This document shows, in pieces, positions 45,044 to 47,256 of a stretch of DNA of 47,256 nucleotides. The position numbers and the translations under genes are program-made. Numbering within the stretch: position 1 is the stretch's first letter; every line of letters begins with the position of its first letter. This DNA comes from a virus. The notes beneath the pieces are model-generated. The model had not been told where the DNA came from. It did no database searches and saw only the letters and a list, made by a program, of their open reading frames with translations. The stretch lies in the IMG/VR virus record IMGVR_UViG_3300045988_140943. One strand, written 5' to 3'.

Positions 45044-45409
45044 ATGAAAGTAACTTTAGAAGATATTATGAAGCTTGACTGCTCAGATGAAAGTCAAAAA
45101 GAGAAGCTCATAAAAGTAATAAGAAAAATAAAACCATTTGACAGGTACTCCTTAGATGAGGAAATTCCAATGGATATGTTGGAAAAATATATGAATAAGG
45201 CAATGGATAAGTATTGTTTTAAGATCGGCTACATATTCCACAACAATAGTAATATTCCAAGGTGTTGGACAATTTCTTTAAGAGATGTGGTTGGCAAAAC
45301 ATATTTAGATACTATTTATGCTATTTCCATCAATGAACTTATGATGAAAGTGGTAATCAGAATCTATTTTGCCATAAGGGATAAAGAGGTGAAGAAAAGA
45401 AAGAAATGA
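45044..45409 (+). CDS. hypothetical protein
   Basis: GAGGTAA SD; 121 aa. Confidence 0.7.
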   Translation: MKVTLEDIMKLDCSDESQKEKLIKVIRKIKPFDRYSLDEEIPMDMLEKYMNKAMDKYCFKIGYIFHNNSNIPRCWTISLRDVVGKTYLDTIYAISINELMMKVVIRIYFAIRDKEVKKRKK

Positions 45410-45924
45410 GTGAAATAAAAATATTTACCGATGGTGCTTGCTCTGGAAATCCAGGAATTGGAGGATGGTCTTCTATATTCTGTTTTTCCAGTGGTGTAAA
45501 AATCTATTCTGGAAATGCAATACACACAACAAACAACAGGATGGAATTAACTGCAATCGTTGAAACATTGGCATTTATTTATACTCTGTATAACAAAAAC
45601 AAATGGATTCGGAATGAGGTTGACCAATTTAAAATATGCTCAGACTCTGCATATTGTATCAATGCAATCAATAACAATTGGGTTCAAAAATGGCGAATGA
45701 ATGATTGGAAAACCCAATCCGGTGAAGAAGTGAAGAACAAAGATCTTTGGTTATTATTCTGGAGGTCCTACCTGAAGTGTAAAAATGAAATCCCTATTGT
45801 GTTTGAAAAGGTTGCAGGTCATTCGGGAAATCCCCAAAATGAATTAGCTGACAAGGTAGCTAAAAAAGAGGTAGCAGATTTGAAGGTGTTTTTAATTGAA
45901 AATGATGAAACAATTTCTAATTAA
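45406..45924 (+). CDS. rnhA: ribonuclease HI
   Basis: IFTDGACSGNPGIGGW, NNRMELTAIVETL, SDSAYCINAI, GHSGNPQNELADKVAK. Confidence 0.9.
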   Translation: MSEIKIFTDGACSGNPGIGGWSSIFCFSSGVKIYSGNAIHTTNNRMELTAIVETLAFIYTLYNKNKWIRNEVDQFKICSDSAYCINAINNNWVQKWRMNDWKTQSGEEVKNKDLWLLFWRSYLKCKNEIPIVFEKVAGHSGNPQNELADKVAKKEVADLKVFLIENDETISN

Positions 45925-46285
45925 TATCTATCATAAAGCAAAAAGAATTCTTGGTCAAGCTCAAAATCTATGTTTAGATGTGATTCTCATAACGATCATC
46001 ACAGTGGAATCAAAAATTTATGATGTATATCCACTTTACGTGTTTTTACTTTCCTTTATAGTTCTCTATTTAATTTATAATTTCTTTAGGTGGGTGTTGA
46101 ATAGACCACTTTTTGATAAGCTAAAGTCTCCACCCAAAAGATTTACAACAAATGAAAGTTCTGATGTCTGTAAAGTAGATGCTAAAAGAATTCCAGAAAT
46201 GATAAAATGGGTGAATGAATTGGAGAATGAATTAGAGAATCAAGGCTATTATGACAATCCAAAGGTAAAGAATAAAGTAAAATAA
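45902..46285 (+). CDS. membrane protein, unknown function
   Basis: VYPLYVFLLSFIVLYLIYNFF TM; start uncertain (TTG 45896, ATG 45902 or ATG 45905). Confidence 0.55.
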   Translation: MMKQFLINIYHKAKRILGQAQNLCLDVILITIITVESKIYDVYPLYVFLLSFIVLYLIYNFFRWVLNRPLFDKLKSPPKRFTTNESSDVCKVDAKRIPEMIKWVNELENELENQGYYDNPKVKNKVK

Positions 46286-46297
46286 CTATTAACATTT

Positions 46298-46348
46298 TGT
46301 AAACAATGAATTAAACCTATTTACTTTTGCCTAAATCTATGTTATAAT
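46298..46348 (+). promoter_or_regulatory. promoter cassette P11
   Basis: TGTAAACA at 46298, TTTACT 46320..46325, 17-nt spacer, TGtTATAAT ending at 46348. Confidence 0.8.
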
Positions 46349-46398
46349 ATATATAATAAATAATAAAAAATATACAAATCTTATGGAGGTAAGATACT

Positions 46399-46602
46399 AT
46401 GAATGAACATTCAGAACTTAAGAAAATGATTAAGGATTTAATCAAGCAAAAGAAAATCGAAAACAAATATGAAGGTATTATTGAAATATATCCCCATAAA
46501 TTTACAAACACAATTGTTCTTAATGCTTTCCTTGTTAAACTCAAACAAGAGTATAATATACATAAACTAACAAATACCTGGATAAGAGCATTTAAGAAAT
46601 AA
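46399..46602 (+). CDS. hypothetical 67-aa protein
   Basis: cttatggaggtaaga SD cassette. Confidence 0.7.
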   Translation: MNEHSELKKMIKDLIKQKKIENKYEGIIEIYPHKFTNTIVLNAFLVKLKQEYNIHKLTNTWIRAFKK

Positions 46603-46620
46603 ACCCAAATAAATAAATTT

Positions 46621-46654
46621 AAGCTTCTATTGGTGTAATATCCGATAGGGGCTT
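46621..46654 (+). other. 13-bp RNA/DNA hairpin upstream of terS
   Basis: aagcttctattgg / ccgataggggctt (three G-U pairs), loop tgtaatat. Confidence 0.45.
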
Positions 46655-46685
46655 AAATCTATTTATAAAGAACTTTAAAAAGGAA

Positions 46686-47256
46686 GTGATTCTTATTTCA
46701 AATTCAAAAGCAAAAACAACCCATAAGTCTTATGTAGATGAATGGTTAACAGAAGATAAATTAATGTTGATAGAATGTTGGGCAAGAGATGGTTACACAA
46801 GAAATGATATATGTAAAAGAATAGGAATCACAATTCAAACATTCTATAGATGGATAGAACAATATCCACAATTTAAAAAAGCTTTATATAAGGGTAAAGA
46901 GGTTATAGATTATCAGGTAGAGAATGCTTTATTAAAATCTGCTTTAGGTTATACTACTAGGGAGACAAAGGTAATAAGAAGTAATAGGCCTGATAAAGAT
47001 GGTAATTTTGAAATCAGAACTGAAATAACAGAAAAGGAAATTGCTCCTAATACAACAGCTATTGCTATATGGTTAAATAATAGAAAGCCAGACCAATGGA
47101 AAAGAAATAGGGATAACTCCCTTGAGCTTAAAGATTCTGATAATAAGATAACTGTAAACATATATAAGGCTTCAGATAAGAAAGATGAAAATAATGAAGA
47201 TGAAGAACTCTGGGAAGAGGAAAACATAAATGAAAAAGAAAAGGTAATATCCCAAA
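46686..47256 (+). CDS. terS: terminase small subunit, N-terminal part (runs off the window; continues at 2..262)
   Basis: WLTEDKLMLIECWARDGYTRNDICKRIGITIQTFYRWIEQYPQFKKAL (HTH) and EKEIAPNTTAIAIWLNNRKPDQWKRNRD. Not in the track because no stop occurs before the window end. Start approximate (GTG 46686 next to AGGAAG). Confidence 0.75.
   Translation, partial: MILISNSKAKTTHKSYVDEWLTEDKLMLIECWARDGYTRNDICKRIGITIQTFYRWIEQYPQFKKALYKGKEVIDYQVENALLKSALGYTTRETKVIRSNRPDKDGNFEIRTEITEKEIAPNTTAIAIWLNNRKPDQWKRNRDNSLELKDSDNKITVNIYKASDKKDENNEDEELWEEENINEKEKVISQ
47198..47256. repeat. second copy of the 59-nt terminal overlap (= 1..59)
   Basis: Exact identity, read by eye. Confidence 0.95.

Noticed and set aside
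363-47227. All minus-strand ORFs in the track (e.g. 363..770, 2927..3259, 6971..7405, 7402..7785, 8878..9279, 11213..11587, 11830..12159, 23605..23964, 28980..29384, 38445..38819, 46949..47227)
   Set aside because: Each lies antisense to a well-supported + strand gene. None has a Shine-Dalgarno site or promoter, and their products are low-complexity. They look like shadow ORFs. The minus ORF 25777..26019 runs through the tRNA-Leu gene.
1-47256. Integrase, CI/Cro-type repressor, CRISPR array, transposase or IS elements
   Set aside because: I scanned all ORF translations and intergenic regions. I found no tyrosine or serine recombinase motifs, no repeat-spacer arrays and no terminal inverted repeats. 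The only recurrent DNA repeats are the promoter cassettes and the 59-nt end overlap.

Overview
The window is a complete tailed dsDNA phage genome. Positions 1..59 are identical to 47198..47256, so the unit length is 47197 nt and the genome is circular or circularly permuted. The small terminase gene runs off the right end and finishes at the left end. The sequence is visibly AT-rich, ribosome sites are GGAGG-type (low-GC Gram-positive style), and every credible gene is on the + strand.

Gene order:
- terS, terL, portal, and a MuF minor-head protein fused to an ADP-ribosyltransferase domain.
- Two promoter-equipped inserts inside the head module. The first encodes a Zn-ribbon protein and an ADP-ribosylglycohydrolase. 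The second encodes a 135-aa unknown protein.
- Scaffold, decoration protein, major capsid and connectors.
- A siphovirus-type tail: tube, chaperone, 1010-aa tape measure, Dit, Tal-like protein, BppU-like protein and two paralogous receptor-binding candidates.
- Lysis genes: a holin-like protein, XkdX and a GH25-LysM endolysin.
- A frame-disrupted sigma-region-4-like HTH gene.
- An accessory cluster of Q/N/M-rich, Cys-rich membrane and C1q/BclA-like proteins.
- Small-gene cassettes containing a textbook hammerhead ribozyme and two tRNAs (Leu-UAA, Gln-UUG).
- Replication genes: DnaG-type primase, an SSB-like protein and Pol III alpha.
- A dense pyrimidine-metabolism set: P-loop kinase, all-alpha NTP pyrophosphatase, two ThyA-like proteins, a ThyX-like protein and dCMP deaminase.
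- Recombination and repair genes: RecA, RuvC-like, Hjc-like, Cas4-like, DenV-like and RNase H.

No integrase, CI-type repressor or CRISPR array is recognisable.

Most notable observations:
- The hammerhead ribozyme at 24532..24588.
- The virion-associated ART domain paired with a separately promoted ARH.
- A conserved promoter/leader cassette (nine full copies, plus a tenth sharing only its extended -10) with a helically phased upstream element.
- A gene set suggesting a non-canonical pyrimidine in the DNA.
- Two genes whose reading frames are broken.

All functional calls come from motif reading by eye. No searches were run.
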